From Hydrolagus colliei (lineage: Eukaryota), in contig CM068748.1 in the NCBI GenBank assembly GCA_035084275.1, forward strand, positions 11,594,001 to 11,658,000: 64,000 bases of DNA. Direction: 5' to 3'. This document shows positions 1 to 11,756 of this stretch, piece by piece; within the stretch, counting starts at the first letter, position 1; the number at the start of each line of letters is the position of its first letter. The translations under genes and the position numbers were made by a program. A model generated the notes under the pieces. The model had not been told where the DNA came from and did no database searches. It saw only the letters and a program-made list of their open reading frames with translations.

Positions 1-82
1 AAGATTTGCACAACTCTTCAGCCCACAGAAGCCAGAGTTGCCAGCATTCTAAGTGTTAAATAGTGGAATATAACTGACTAAA

Positions 83-407
83 GTGGAGCTCCTATGGTTA
101 GTGGTTAGAGCACTTGTCTTGCAAGCTGAGGAGACCTGTGTTCGAATCCAAGCAGGTAAGGGCGAAACCTTGGGCAAGTTTTCTTACTCCACACACCTAA
201 TAATAATCCGTCCAAAAAAAACACAATATTAAAATTGATCATTGCAATCCACGACTGTTTGTGGGACGCTGCTGTGCACAATTGGCTGCCACGATTCGCC
301 CATAAATATACAGTCAATCCACTTTACAGTATATTCTGTGAAGCGCTTTAGGACGCCGATAAGACATGAAAAGCGCTTTATCAAATGCAAGGATTATTAT
401 TGTTATT
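83..407 (+). mobile_element. tRNA-derived SINE, short-CORE subfamily (resembles C. milii SINE2-1), full length
   Basis: A-box-like tggttagtggttag, B-box gttcgaatcc, CORE-like aaaccttgggcaagttttcttactccac, shared 3' body gactgtttgtgggac...ttggctgc, L2-like tail ending in (ATT)n. At least 15 related copies in the window. Confidence 0.9.
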
Positions 408-1047
408 AAAGTATTTGGAATGTACTCACAAATTACTGGCTAAATTGGTCATTTAAATTCACCAAGTACGTGGTTACCATTGTGTTAAATCCATATCAAA
501 TGAAGACCATACTCTGCTGAAAGAGCAATCTCTGCTTATTTCAACAGTAATTGGGTGCAAAAAATTGCTGAGAATTCAAATACTGTATAGTTTTGTCCAG
601 TTAATGTGGGATGATCAGAAGTAATTTCAAACCTGTATTCATTTGGAAGATTTGGAAAGCTTTGGCACGGCATTGGAAAGAAGGAGCTTGATGGGACTAA
701 AAGCTTTTTCTCATTCTTTATGTTTCTTCACCACTTCCTATAAACCTTGGAAACAAACCTCTTACCTGGAAGACCCATCCAATAAACCAAAATTATATTG
801 TGCAGTTACTTGCTAATCAGAACGTGTTTCTTTTGTTAACATGACCCACACTCATTGCACTTAAGACTCAAGATTCAAAAACTTTCACTCCACTATTTTT
901 CATGCTTTTCATTATTTCTAACATTTCCAGAGATCACTTTGTGTTTGTGCAACCAAAGATAAGAAGCACACAGCCTTAATGAACACCGTCAAAGTTTGTA
1001 GGTTGTCTGTCAGTGGTGCAATGACTGTGAACTATGCACGTTACGTT

Positions 1048-1209
1048 TTATTGTTTTTTTTTAATCGTATCAAATGAGACGTATTATTTCCCCGTTGTTC
1101 ACTGTATCTTTTTTTTAAAACCTCTTTTCTGGTAATGGGTTTCCACACATGTCAGACACCCATCAGAAGAAAAAGGGATTGCAGCCATCTCAACCTAGTT
1201 CCCAGCGGG
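1048..1209 (+). repeat. Unclassified about 160 bp repeat, copy 1 (copy 2 at 38277-38438)
   Basis: Direct alignment, including identical cctcttttctggtaatgggtttccacacatgtcagacacccatcag. Confidence 0.9.
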
Positions 1210-2045
1210 ACACACAAATGCCAGTTCACAGAGGACTCATAGCCAGCAAAGAGGAAGATTTTCATCCATGTGTTTCAGCTGTAGGGTTAAAGGACAATGT
1301 GGTGACCAGCTTCAAAATTCAATCTCCCAAAAATGTGAATGACTTTTCTCAGTTCTATTTTTTTTGAAGACAGCACTCAAAAATCCACAAAAGGCAATCT
1401 TGTACAACTATAACATCTGTGCTTCGAGCTATATATTGGCCCCTATTAAAATTTATGATTGATTTTCTGAATCACTCTAATTTTCATATTACAACATGGA
1501 TCATGAAAAAAAACTCTTCTTAAATGTGTGCTGAAGAGGTGTGACATGAATTGTTGGACGGTAATCACAGTCAGAAGAAATGTGCTGTAATATGTTCATA
1601 GGTTCCAATTGATAATGGAACTTCCAGGATTGTCCCTATTGTAACTCGTTGCCTTTCAGTTTAAACACGGCGTGATAGGTGCTGCACAAGTGTAATTTTT
1701 GTTGTTGTTGTTAATTGAGGATACCCAGTACAGCGTAATCAACCAATATCCCTTCAATTAATCCAATTTTCAGATTATTTTTCTAACTTTATTAATCAAC
1801 AACGTGTTATCGAAACAATGTATATCGAGACGACGTACAGTGAGGAGTTCCAATACATAATTTGTAATGTTATAAGTAAACTGTACATGTATCCAAGTAC
1901 CATTCATTTTCCTACTAAAAAATACTTTGATTTCTTTGCACTAATCAGATTTTACAAGTCAGATAAACGGCTAAGTCATAACAATTTCCTGGTCCCAAAT
2001 AATGAAAATCCTAATGAAATCATCTATCAGCTCATTGACAACATC

Positions 2046-2104
2046 TTGGGACGTCCTCCCGACGTGAAAGGCGCTCTATAAATGAAAATTGTTGTTGTTG
2101 TTGT
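2046..2104 (+). mobile_element. Minimal L2 3' tail insertion
   Basis: cttgggacgtcctcccgacgtgaaaggcgctctataaatg...(TTG)n, nearly identical to 42578-42640. Confidence 0.88.
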
Positions 2105-2123
2105 AATGATGCATGTATAGTTC

Positions 2124-2230
2124 GGTTTGTGGGACACTGCTGTGTGCAATTGGCTGCCAAGTTTTGCCCACAAATATACAGCCAATTCACTTACAGTGAA
2201 TTTATATTCAGTGAAGTGCTTTGAGATGGC
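2124..2230 (+). mobile_element. SINE 3' body fragment
   Basis: gtttgtgggacactgctgtgtgcaattggctgcc...gtgaagtgctttgaga matches the body of the full copies. Confidence 0.8.
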
Positions 2231-3330
2231 TAGATTCTAGATTCTAAAGTGTCCGACTACTTGTGAGTGAACAATAGGTTTGTCCCTGATGCAGTGATGT
2301 AACTTCGATCAAAAATGTTGCACTCCAGTGTCACAGCGATGGGTGGAATAGCAACTTTTTCAGGATATCTGTGTGTTCCAGTTAGTGTCAGCAAGGTACT
2401 AACAGCACATGACCACCAGCTGTTACCAAAGCTCGGCCCATACTTCATCAATCACAAAGCATTTCATCGGTGACTCTCAGAATTTCCAGTCCGAGTCACA
2501 ACAGCAGGAATAAACATTCATTTCACCGAGGTCGTTCATAATGATGTGTTGAGTGATAAATTTCAGCTTTGTGCAAGGCCGGCCAGTTGTAAGCATTTCT
2601 CTGTAAGCAGCTGTTGGGCACAGCTGCTCTTTGACTTCAGTTTGCTTGCTTCTGTCGCTTGCTATAGGCACTGTCGCTGCCTTTAACACACCATATTCTC
2701 TTTTCAAAACTGCACCATTCATGAGTCACCAACCAATCAATACATATCCCATAGGAGTATGTTGTTTGAAGAGGGTTTGTGTTTTTTGTTGGGCAGGACA
2801 GTCCAATTTCTCACATGTTATAGTTGTGACCTGCAAAAGAGGAAGTAGAGGAAGTTCATATATAAATGCATGAACAGCATTCAGTGCTTGTGTAAGATTG
2901 AGGTGAACGTATCCTTCTTTGACCATCTTTGTTTAGCACAGTGTAACATCTATAACTGAGCTGGGATGGGGAGGTGGAGAGGATAGGAGGAGTATATTTG
3001 TGTAATGGATTTTATTTTAGCACAGAAGCGAGGCTTATAATTAGTGAAATGCTGGAATTAAATATATTAACCATCAGAAAGATTTATTCCACTGTATCCC
3101 TTTAATGTGTGGTCAAAGGTTTATTCTGGGAAAGTAGGCTCTAGGATCAGGCTCGCGCATGAAGGATTTGACTGTCATATTGTAAGCGTTGATTTCACTG
3201 GTACATCCAGCCCCCAGCACATGATGGAGTCTCAAAGGATACAAACACTGGGGAATTCCTTGGACACAAGCAGTTTCCTGGCTGTTAGTGTTACTCTGAA
3301 TCTCACCTGATGAACAATTCAATGCTTTTC

Positions 3331-3360
3331 ACACACCACATACACACACACACACACACA
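3331..3360. repeat. Imperfect (CA)n microsatellite
   Basis: acacaccacatacacacacacacacacaca. Confidence 0.9.
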
Positions 3361-3723
3361 AAAGGCTTATGAAAAATAATAGTGGATGAGAACGAATGTT
3401 CTGAAAATAATATCTCCAGGATTAAATGACAATAATGTATTCGAGTGTCACCTGAACCATTCAATGAGATCATGTTCATGCATTCACTCACATCCACTTA
3501 TCATTCCCTGTATTATGACAGGGTTCAACAATCCACAATTCCAATCAACTGGCTAACAATCAGTTACAGCTTCAAGTAAAGAGCCCTGAATTCACTGAAG
3601 ATCAGCAGAACAAAAAACCAACAAAACCCAATAAAGCCTGGAGAAAAGGATCCATTTGCTTTTGAGACAAAATATGCAGTTACTGCACTTTACTATAAAT
3701 CCTATGAAGCGGTTTGAGACATC

Positions 3724-4350
3724 AGAGAATCATAGAGCACAGAAGGAGGCCATTTGGTCCATCGTGCCTATACCGGGTCTTTGAAAAGAGCTGTCGAAAT
3801 CAATCCCACTCACTCGCTCTCTCTCCCCATAGTAAACCCGTCCTCCCCAAATAACTATCACCTTCCCTCTTAAAAGCTGCTATTGAATCGGCTTCCACCA
3901 TCGTTTTAGGCAATGCATTCCAGATCCAAACAACTCCTGCATGAAAAACATTTGTCCTCACCTCCCCTCTGTTACTTTTAACAACTACTTTAAATCAGTG
4001 TCCTCGGGTTACAGATCCAATCGCTAGTGGAAACAGTTCCTCTTTGTTCACCCTATTGAATCCCTTCATAATTTTGAAAACTTCTATTAAGTTTCCTCGT
4101 AACCTTTTCTGCTCCAAGGAGAATAATTCTAGCTTCTCTAACACAAGTCCCTCATTCCTGGTACCATCCTGGTAAATCTCTATTGCATCCTCTCCAATGC
4201 CTTGAGACCCTTCCTAAAGTGTGGTGCCCAGAACTGAATACAGCTGGGGCCTAACCAGTGTTGTATAAAGGTTCATCATAACTTCCTGACTTTTGTATTC
4301 TATTCCCCCATTTTGTGAAGCCTAGTATTGCCATATGCCTTTTTCATAGC
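3724..4350 (-). mobile_element. CR1 LINE 3' fragment
   Basis: Minus strand encodes GIEYKSQEVMMNLYTTLVRPQL and, after an indel, QFWAPHFRKG...LERMQ, typical of the CR1 ORF2 C-terminus. The 3' UTR ends near gcacagaaggaggccatt with a ctatgattct tail. Confidence 0.92.
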
Positions 4351-4399
4351 AACATATCAAATGAAAGGAATATTACTATTTATTTTTAAGATCCCTGTT

Positions 4400-4609
4400 C
4401 AACAACAAACAACAATTTAAACTTCTAAAGCGCCTTTCACGTCAGGAGGACGTCCCAAGGCGCTGCACAGGAGGCGTGTGACCCGAGCTGGGAGGGGAGT
4501 GTTCGGGAAGGGGTGAAACACATAGGAGAGGTCGAAAAATTCGGGGGGGGAACAAAAGGCACGGTCAAAGAGGAAAGTCTTCAAACCGGCCTTGAAAGAG
4601 GAAAGGGAA
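4400..4609 (-). mobile_element. L2 3' end, same family as 41509-42640
   Basis: Reverse complement aligns by eye with about 42428-42635 at high identity. Confidence 0.92.
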
Positions 4610-4819
4610 AAAACATTGTTGTTCGATTGACAACAATGAATGTAGCAGCAGTGTGTACGTAATGTGCAGATCGTTCTGGTATATTTAGAGAATCCAACAA
4701 CTGGCCTGAAGATTGCAGCTCATATTCTTTATGTCATGGTAAACGAAGGATAAATTCCAAATCCCTCACTGTCAACAGAAAGAAGCACAACAAAACAAAA
4801 TAACTTTTGAAAAGCAAAC

Positions 4820-4995
4820 TTAAAATTCTTAACTGTCAACGGGAGGGAAGAAATAAAAAGCTTGGGTCTTAACTGTGGTAGCATAATCTTTTCAAGCAGC
4901 TGATGTAGATGGAATTGAAAGTCATGTTCCAATTTTGGAGCAGGACTAGACTTGTATTGGAACTCAGTGTGTATAAAGCTCAGAGTTCACTGGGC
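4820..4995 (-). pseudogene. Possible remnant of the terminal HGSNAT-like exon
   Basis: Frameshifted fragments NS..Y.H, WNMTF, HLHQLL, ATT and LFISSL....K.F loosely follow the family C-terminus (MNSIxVYVGH...W...H.E.L.Q...T.LW..I.Y.LY.KK.F) and are collinear. Manual alignment only. Confidence 0.25.
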
Positions 4996-5089
4996 AAGAT
5001 TGACAACTGCACAGAAAACCTACCTGTCATATATTCCAAGATTTTTCGGCAAGTTTTTCTGAATTTATTAACCAGCTCCAGATCTTCAT

Positions 5090-5408
5090 GACTCCTCTCC
5101 CTACCTCTGCCACCCCTCCACCAGGCTGCTCTGTCCACTCAGGGAAGTCGATCTGCTTCAGCCATTCTAACCTACTCTCCCGAACTCCATCCTAGAGTCC
5201 CTCCACCAAGCATTCACCACCTTTAAAACCCACCCAAAGACCTATCTTTTCAATCATCCCTTCAGTCACCTTTTTTCTCCACCGCTATCCTCCTCAGCTT
5301 CCACCTTGCCATCTACCAAGCTTGGGCTCCTAGTCAGTTGTGTGTGAGACATTGCACTTTGAGACATCCTCCCAATGTGAATGGTGCAGTATAAATTGTT
5401 GTTGGTAT
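5090..5408 (+). mobile_element. Ancient L2 3' fragment
   Basis: cttcagcca...ctttaaaacccacc.aaagacctatcttttcaatca...gcactttgagacatcctcccaatgtgaatggtgcagtataaattgttgttg. Confidence 0.65.
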
Positions 5409-6970
5409 TAATGGTGCTAGGAAGTTGGAGTCTCTGAACAGTTTGCAACCTGACTTTGTGTAAATATTGTAGTTGGCTGCAACACACAAGTCTCTGATTC
5501 TCAGCAAAGGTACAGTTAATGGCCTATCTTTCGGCTAGTACACCAATTTTCCTTATGATGATGGCTTAAACTGAAGCCTTATTGCAAATGTTCAGTCCCT
5601 GTCTCTTTGAACTGTGTTTGTGGCATTCACTCTTGTACATTGAATAGACATATAGAGAAATCTCAGAGGTGACATCGGAAGCCAGCTGCACCCTATTAGG
5701 AGCAATATGTAGACACAAAACTGCATGGGGGTGTACAATGCAGATATGAAACATTCTTGGGAAATATTTCTTCAGCTCTTCCTCACACAGCTGTGGGAAG
5801 CTTCAAGGTGAAGAGAGCTCAAGTTGGTCAGTGTAATAAATTGAATGTCTGCAGGCAACAGCTAGTTTCTTTTTACGCCAAACAAACTGTTTCCAATTTA
5901 ACCACTTCAAATTGCACTTATTTTTGATACATCCAGCAAATCTAAATATTCCTATGCAATAACTGGTTCACATCAATCTAAACAGAAAAACAAGTTCAAT
6001 AAACTATTAAACCGAACTAGACCTCAGAGTGTTAATATTAGCAGTAAGTTCTACCAACTCTTCCAACAAATTTGCCCCTTCAAAGGGTATAATGTAGTCT
6101 ATAAGTTTCACATAGGTTGAGCCTCACTGATGCATAAACGCACACAGAAGTTATGGTTCAGTATAGTTTTATTTCACTGGGCGTATTCTCTGCATATTGC
6201 ACAATTAATGGTTTTGATGCTTTTATGTTTTAGAGATGGATAGATAAATGGATGAATTTTGTCAATTTTTGCTCATTGAGCTTGAGTATTTATTCACAAC
6301 TTCCAAAAGGAGTTTGAGGTTGAGTGGTTTTTGTGGAGGTGATAGGATAGCTTTTGGGTGAGGAGGGGCGGGGAGAAAGGATTTGTGGAAGAAGTGGGAC
6401 TTGATATACTATCTATACCATATGATCTTTTCTCATGCTATGCTTTGCTATGTTCTTCTGAATATATGAGGGGTGATTCTGCAGAGGTCAGCAAATTATG
6501 GAATGTCGTTACTATTATAAACTTACACCACCAAGACCTGCAGATTTACGGCCCAACAGAGTACCAGATGTTTTCACCAATCAAGGTTTGTAAATTTACC
6601 CACTCTCTGTGAGTCGTTTTTTACAAAACATGGAAGGCTGTTCATCAAAATACCAGTTCCAAGCCACACAATTTCTGTGTGGCCTTGGAAATCAGAAAAT
6701 TCAATTGGAAGAAGCAATTCAAAACACATGAAAGTGAAAGAAAACAGTTCTATCTCACACTCTTACACCCAATCCACCAGAATAGAGAGACACTCCAGTC
6801 ATCTCCCTCTATATTATATATGACTCAAAATCCATAAACTAAACAGACTTCATCTCCTGAAATTTCTCCCAGTATCCTGGCTAACAATCCTACAAATAAA
6901 AACTAGATATTTATTTAATGACTGTTTGTGGGCATGACTGTCTGCAAATTGGCTGTTAGTTCATCAACAA

Positions 6971-7265
6971 GTAGCTCACTGATTACTCGCCTTACAAGCG
7001 AGAGACCCGGGTTCAATTCCAGGCAGGGTGAAACCTTGGTCAAGTTTTCTTACTCCACATGCCTAATAATTATCCTTCAAAAAAACAGTAATAAATTGGT
7101 CATTTCAATCCACGACTGTTTGTGGGACATTGCTGTGTGCAATTGGCTGCTGCGTTTAGCCTACAAATATACAGTCAATTCACTTTACAGTGTATTCTGT
7201 GAAGCGCTTTGAGACATCAAGAAGCCATGGAAAGCACTATAACAAATGCAAGGATTATTATTATT
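6971..7265 (+). mobile_element. tRNA-derived SINE, short-CORE subfamily
   Basis: Anticodon arm ctcgc-cttacaa-gcgag, B-box ggttcaattcc, same body and (ATT)n tail. Further tail fragments at about 6918-6955 and 7295-7395. Confidence 0.9.
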
Positions 7266-7932
7266 AACAAGGCAGTCAATTTACGCATAGTAATGCCCAC
7301 TTTACAGTCACTACGCTTTACAGTGAATCCTGTGCTTTGAGATGTCCTTTCAAAGTAAAAAGGTGCTATATCAAATTCAAGGATTAATATTATTATATCT
7401 CATCTCTCCAGAGGTGAAGGACATAGTTTTAAGTACACCGTCATTTGGATGGACAGAGCGAGATTGTTTTTCTCCCCTCTTACTGAACTGAAATTAAACT
7501 CACGCTGTAAGGGAGTAAAATCAATGTTGTAGATTTTCACGGTTGTCTCCATGTGACTTTAAGCATGGCTTTAAAAACCTTCAATCCAGTGATGTTCACT
7601 AATTTATTACTTCCTTTCTATCTGTGATACATCTTTAATCACTTATAAAGCTCAGATAAAAAAGATGAGGCAGTTGCATTATCCTAACTGTGTCAAAGAC
7701 AGTCCATGACATATCTTCAATAACCTCTAACCCTAAGTTAATGATATCATAAATTTTTTCATAATACTACAGTACATGCTTATTTGTCTGGAAGCTGCTT
7801 TGGTTTCACTGTTGTAGTTGGAGTTTGAGCTTTTTTTCTTCGAGAGAGAAAGGTTTTTAGTGCTTCACTGCTGGCCTATGCTCCAAAGGCAACACAGTCA
7901 AACAGGATACACCATAAGATTCTCAATGAAAC

Positions 7933-8290
7933 ATAATAATATAATAATCCTTGCATTTGATATAGTGCTTTATCATGCCTTTGAAACATCTCTTTACACT
8001 TTATAGTGTAAAGTGAACTTACTGTACATTTTGTGGGTGAAACATGGTAGCCAATTGCACACAGCAGTGTCCCACAGTCATGGATTGAAGTGACCATTTT
8101 TGGGGGACAAGTTGTTTTCCCCAGAGAAGCCATCCGCCAATTGACCAACAACCAGGCCTTTACTTACTGCAAGGTAAACAGAGGCATGTGGGGTAAGGAG
8201 ACTTGACCAACATTTCACCATGCCAGGAATTGAACTCAGGTCTCTTCCTTATGAGATGAGTGTTCAAAGCAATGAGCTATAGAGCTCCAC
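7933..8290 (-). mobile_element. tRNA-derived SINE, long-CORE subfamily
   Basis: Reverse complement has head gtggagctctatagctc, B-box gagttcaattcc, extended CORE cacatgcctctgtttaccttgcagtaagta, and the same tail. Confidence 0.88.
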
Positions 8291-8842
8291 ATGAAAGAAA
8301 ATAGGTGAGGTTCTGGTTGATGTATTTAGGAGCCGAGTCAACACTGGAGTTATATTTGGGAATCAAGTCAGCAAATGTCATCTGTTATTCAAATGACTAA
8401 TGAGACATGAGTGTGAAGTTGTAGTTGAGTTAGCATTTAATGGAGAAATGCCTAGGAGTATTACACAGAATACAATACCAGTTATATTCTCATAGCACTT
8501 ATCACCTGGATGCTAACAATATTCAGCTAAAGAAACCATCGTTGGGACACTGTTAGTAGTAATCATTAAAAATAAATCTATCTATTTTTACAACTTGAAC
8601 TTTAAATTTATCCCACTCTTATACCATTTCCCTGCTCTTTCCTCTACACCCTTTAATGTGTTTTCCACAAGCTTTACATTGAGAAGCTACTAGTTAAATT
8701 TAATACGATCGCAAAATGAGCTCCCTCAACCCAAAAGATAATTGAGAAACGAAAAGGGAAGAAAGAACACCTGTGAGAAAAAAAACTGGTTATCGATGTA
8801 TGTGAGCTCCATTGCACTTGAATGAATGATTATCATTCTTAC

Positions 8843-8929
8843 CTGCAATCCTATAAATGTCATTAATGCTGAATTGATGGTACCCAGAACTCTTCCCGGA
8901 TCGAAGGACACTGCAACAGGGTATAATTC
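8843..8929 (-). pseudogene. HGSNAT: Decayed exon of an HGSNAT-family (heparan-alpha-glucosaminide N-acetyltransferase-like) gene, equivalent to the 87 nt DPEG exon; probably a paralog rather than HGSNAT itself
   Basis: Minus strand reads ELYPVAVSFDPGRVLGTINSALMTFIGLQ, versus human [35 protein letters not shown] (recalled). Same 29-codon length, ending CAG|GTAAGA at 8843/8842. The expected acceptor AG is AA (8931-8930) and the conserved DPEG is DPGR. Confidence 0.85.
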
Positions 8930-9533
8930 TTGAAGTAAAAGATAAAGATTGGCACTGGTAGTAATTTATATCATTCACACAGATGTCAAGTGAGTCACTC
9001 ATTTCTCTGACCCCTATTTTGCCTGGAGTTAAATGGTTGATCATCCTTAAAGGGGCAACATCATTGATATCATTCAAGCAAAGTGGGATGTAGGAAAAGG
9101 GGAAGAACAAAACGAATAGTCAATGGTGTTCAGCTACTATGCCCCCTCTCTATTAAACCCTCCACCACCCCCCCATCCTACTTGCATCCTCCCTTCGCAT
9201 TTTCAAATCTGTTCACAAATTAAACCATCTCCTTAACTTAAAAACGGAGAGAATTTCCCTTTAAATGCTTCATATCTGTGGTTTCCTATCAGCCATTTGG
9301 GCATGTTGACAGTGAAAAAGCCCTTTTCATTCCTTGATGTCACCTTTTAGAGCATTAAAACTGTGTTTCTATTGAGTCAAGTGTCCTGGTATTATAATCT
9401 TCATTACAACTGTACCATTTCACTGGCAATGCACAGAGCCTGATATTTTGCTTTTTTGTAACCCATGGCAAATGTATATTCCACTTAATGTCTATGCTTT
9501 CGGGAGATATCTCCAGGATTTTACAGTCGTGAT

Positions 9534-9626
9534 CAGCAACCATCTGTCATCGTGATGAGCTGTCCTCCTAAACACTTCCTGAAATTTCCAGTTTTTTTCC
9601 TACTCCTGCTAGCCCTGAGTTAGCCT
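9534..9626 (-). pseudogene. Heavily decayed upstream HGSNAT-like exon (GYLGxGGIG...[15 protein letters not shown])
   Basis: Allowing three small indels, the minus strand reads G*LRA-AGVGK-TGNFRKCLGG(A)AHHDDRWLL versus [30 protein letters not shown]. TAA occupies the Tyr codon and GG the acceptor position. Order and strand are correct relative to the 8843-8929 exon. Confidence 0.6.
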
Positions 9627-9829
9627 CCATGAAAGTTAAATAATATGAGCCAGGATGAGCCGGTGCACAATAGTAAACGGGCTGATTTCACTCTCTTTGG
9701 TTGATCCAACTGCTGGTTGTATGTATTCCCAAGACACATGTGGTCATTTGAGGTAGGTTCAGCAGCTTACAAAAACACCAGTTCTGAAGATACACACTGC
9801 AAAATAGGTAAAGAAACAAGATATTGATT

Positions 9830-9877
9830 GCCATCCGGCGTGGAGGGCACTATATAAATCAAAGTTGTTGTTGTTGT
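9830..9877 (+). mobile_element. Minimal tail of the second L2-dependent family
   Basis: ccggcgtggagggcactatataaatcaaagttgttgttgttg matches 63342-63386. Confidence 0.7.
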
Positions 9878-10916
9878 ATTCAGAGATGTCAAAGCAGTGC
9901 TTGGAAACTTGCATTGCCAGTTATCTAAAAAGAGCATGAGAGAGATTTTCTGGAAGTCTCAGCTATGGATGTGACGTTGAATGAGGAGAAACAATTAGGA
10001 TGGAAAAGAACTCCACAGTCAATCGTGGAGGGTATACAGCCTACACTCAGCCCAACACATTTGTGAAAACTTGATTATTTAACAATAATCTTCAGGATGG
10101 GGAAATGGAATAAATGTGGATACATGCAGATAACACCCGGATACATTTGAAACTACAACTGTCTAACATGGGTGGTTATAACCCACGAGGGACAGATTTA
10201 AATAAAATTACCAGCTCCTCTCTCAGCACACAGGATTCATTTGGTGCAAAGAATGATTGATCTACTTGGTTACATTTTTTAATTAATTCAAGCTTCTCTC
10301 TACTCTAGCAGCAATCTTTTCATTCAATAAGCTACATCAAAAGTACACACATATGTTAGTCAGCCCTAGAGTCACAGGGAATGATACAGAAGAAGTAAAC
10401 ATGAAAATGAGACTGGGCAGATTATTTAAAGTAAAACATGTTTTATAAACTATTCAGCGGGTTGTCTATAGTAGGAAGGTGTGGGAGTTCAAAATATCTT
10501 GGTCATTTTCTAGGCAATTGTTTTTGACAAACTACCAGAAAACATCTCATTGAACAAACATCATATTGCATACAAACATCAATCATATAAATTATTTTTA
10601 TCTTATTACATTTCTATTGGGTCCATTACATGGATAGCTTCCAACTGGCAGCTTTCCTGCTAAGATTACATGATATTTGATCTTCTAAACTCCTTGAGAC
10701 ACATCACTAAAAGGAGCTTAGAGGCCAATCTGACTCTATCAGGACATAAACTTAATGGGGGAAACAGACACATCATATTAGGTCTTGGGGAAATAGTTCA
10801 GGTCAGAGGTCATTGCATGTTGTCAATATTAAAAGGAACATCTCTTTATCTCATAATATGTTGACCATAAAATTTTTAATGGGCACTGTAGAGAAAGCTT
10901 TGTGCTTCAACTAACC

Positions 10917-11030
10917 CGCATTTGGCCCACAAAACATACAGTCAATTTGCTTGACAGTACATTCTGTAAAGCGCTTTGAGACGTCTCAAAGATATGATAA
11001 GGCTCTACGTAAAAAGCAAGCCTTATATTA
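10917..11030 (+). mobile_element. SINE 3' tail fragment
   Basis: gcccacaaaacatacagtcaatt...aagcgctttgagacgtc matches the family tail. Confidence 0.75.
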
Positions 11031-11756
11031 CGATGACTAAACCCAATTTAAGAATGACAATATGCAGCTTGATCCTGCGTCTATTGTGAGAGTGCTCAAA
11101 CGTACAGAGTAGAAGTAACTTTACATTAAATGTACCCCATATCCTGGCCTGAGAATGTTGAATTGGACAGCGTAGAAAGTGTTTTGCATTAAACTCAATT
11201 TATATGCATCCTTTGATATGCATGATGAACAGAGTAGAGGAGTTGTACTCAGTATTTAATTTGTGGTATGCTTTACTGAAACTAGCACAGACATTTAAAA
11301 CAATCTATTTCCGAGCACTGATATTCACCCCCTTAAGACCATAGACAATAGGACAGATAAAAGAGAAATATATACCCATTAGTAGGTACATATGTCACAC
11401 ATATGCACATACACACACACAAATAGAAAATTTCAACTCATCACACTTCCTCATGTTTTAAACCAAAAAAAAAAGTTTGGAAATGGGTAGCAGATTTTTC
11501 CAGGTATTTACTGGAAAACATTGCGAACACACTGACATTTAATCTTTGCTTCAGTTTATTTGATCAGTCATTTCTAAATCTTGCTTCTTTGTGGCAAGAT
11601 TTGTGGTTCAACCTCATTGTGGTTCATTTTGTTCTCATCAAAACTGCTTCAGAAAAGCCACTGAGGGCCTGGGAAATAAACTAAATGATTCTGGGAATAC
11701 ACCGCTGCAGAATCTCTTACAATACACAGAAATAAGTGTCACAGAGTGAATGAAGC

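Noticed and set aside
1185-1209. Weak hairpin plus CTAG suggesting a Helitron 3' end
   Set aside because: Homology between the two copies continues past CTAG and the hairpin is poor.
2257-2830. Minus-strand ORF chain with VYSCCCD, faintly like a Penelope GIY-YIG domain
   Set aside because: The Y(I/V)G.T motif and downstream R/H/E residues are absent; similarity too weak.
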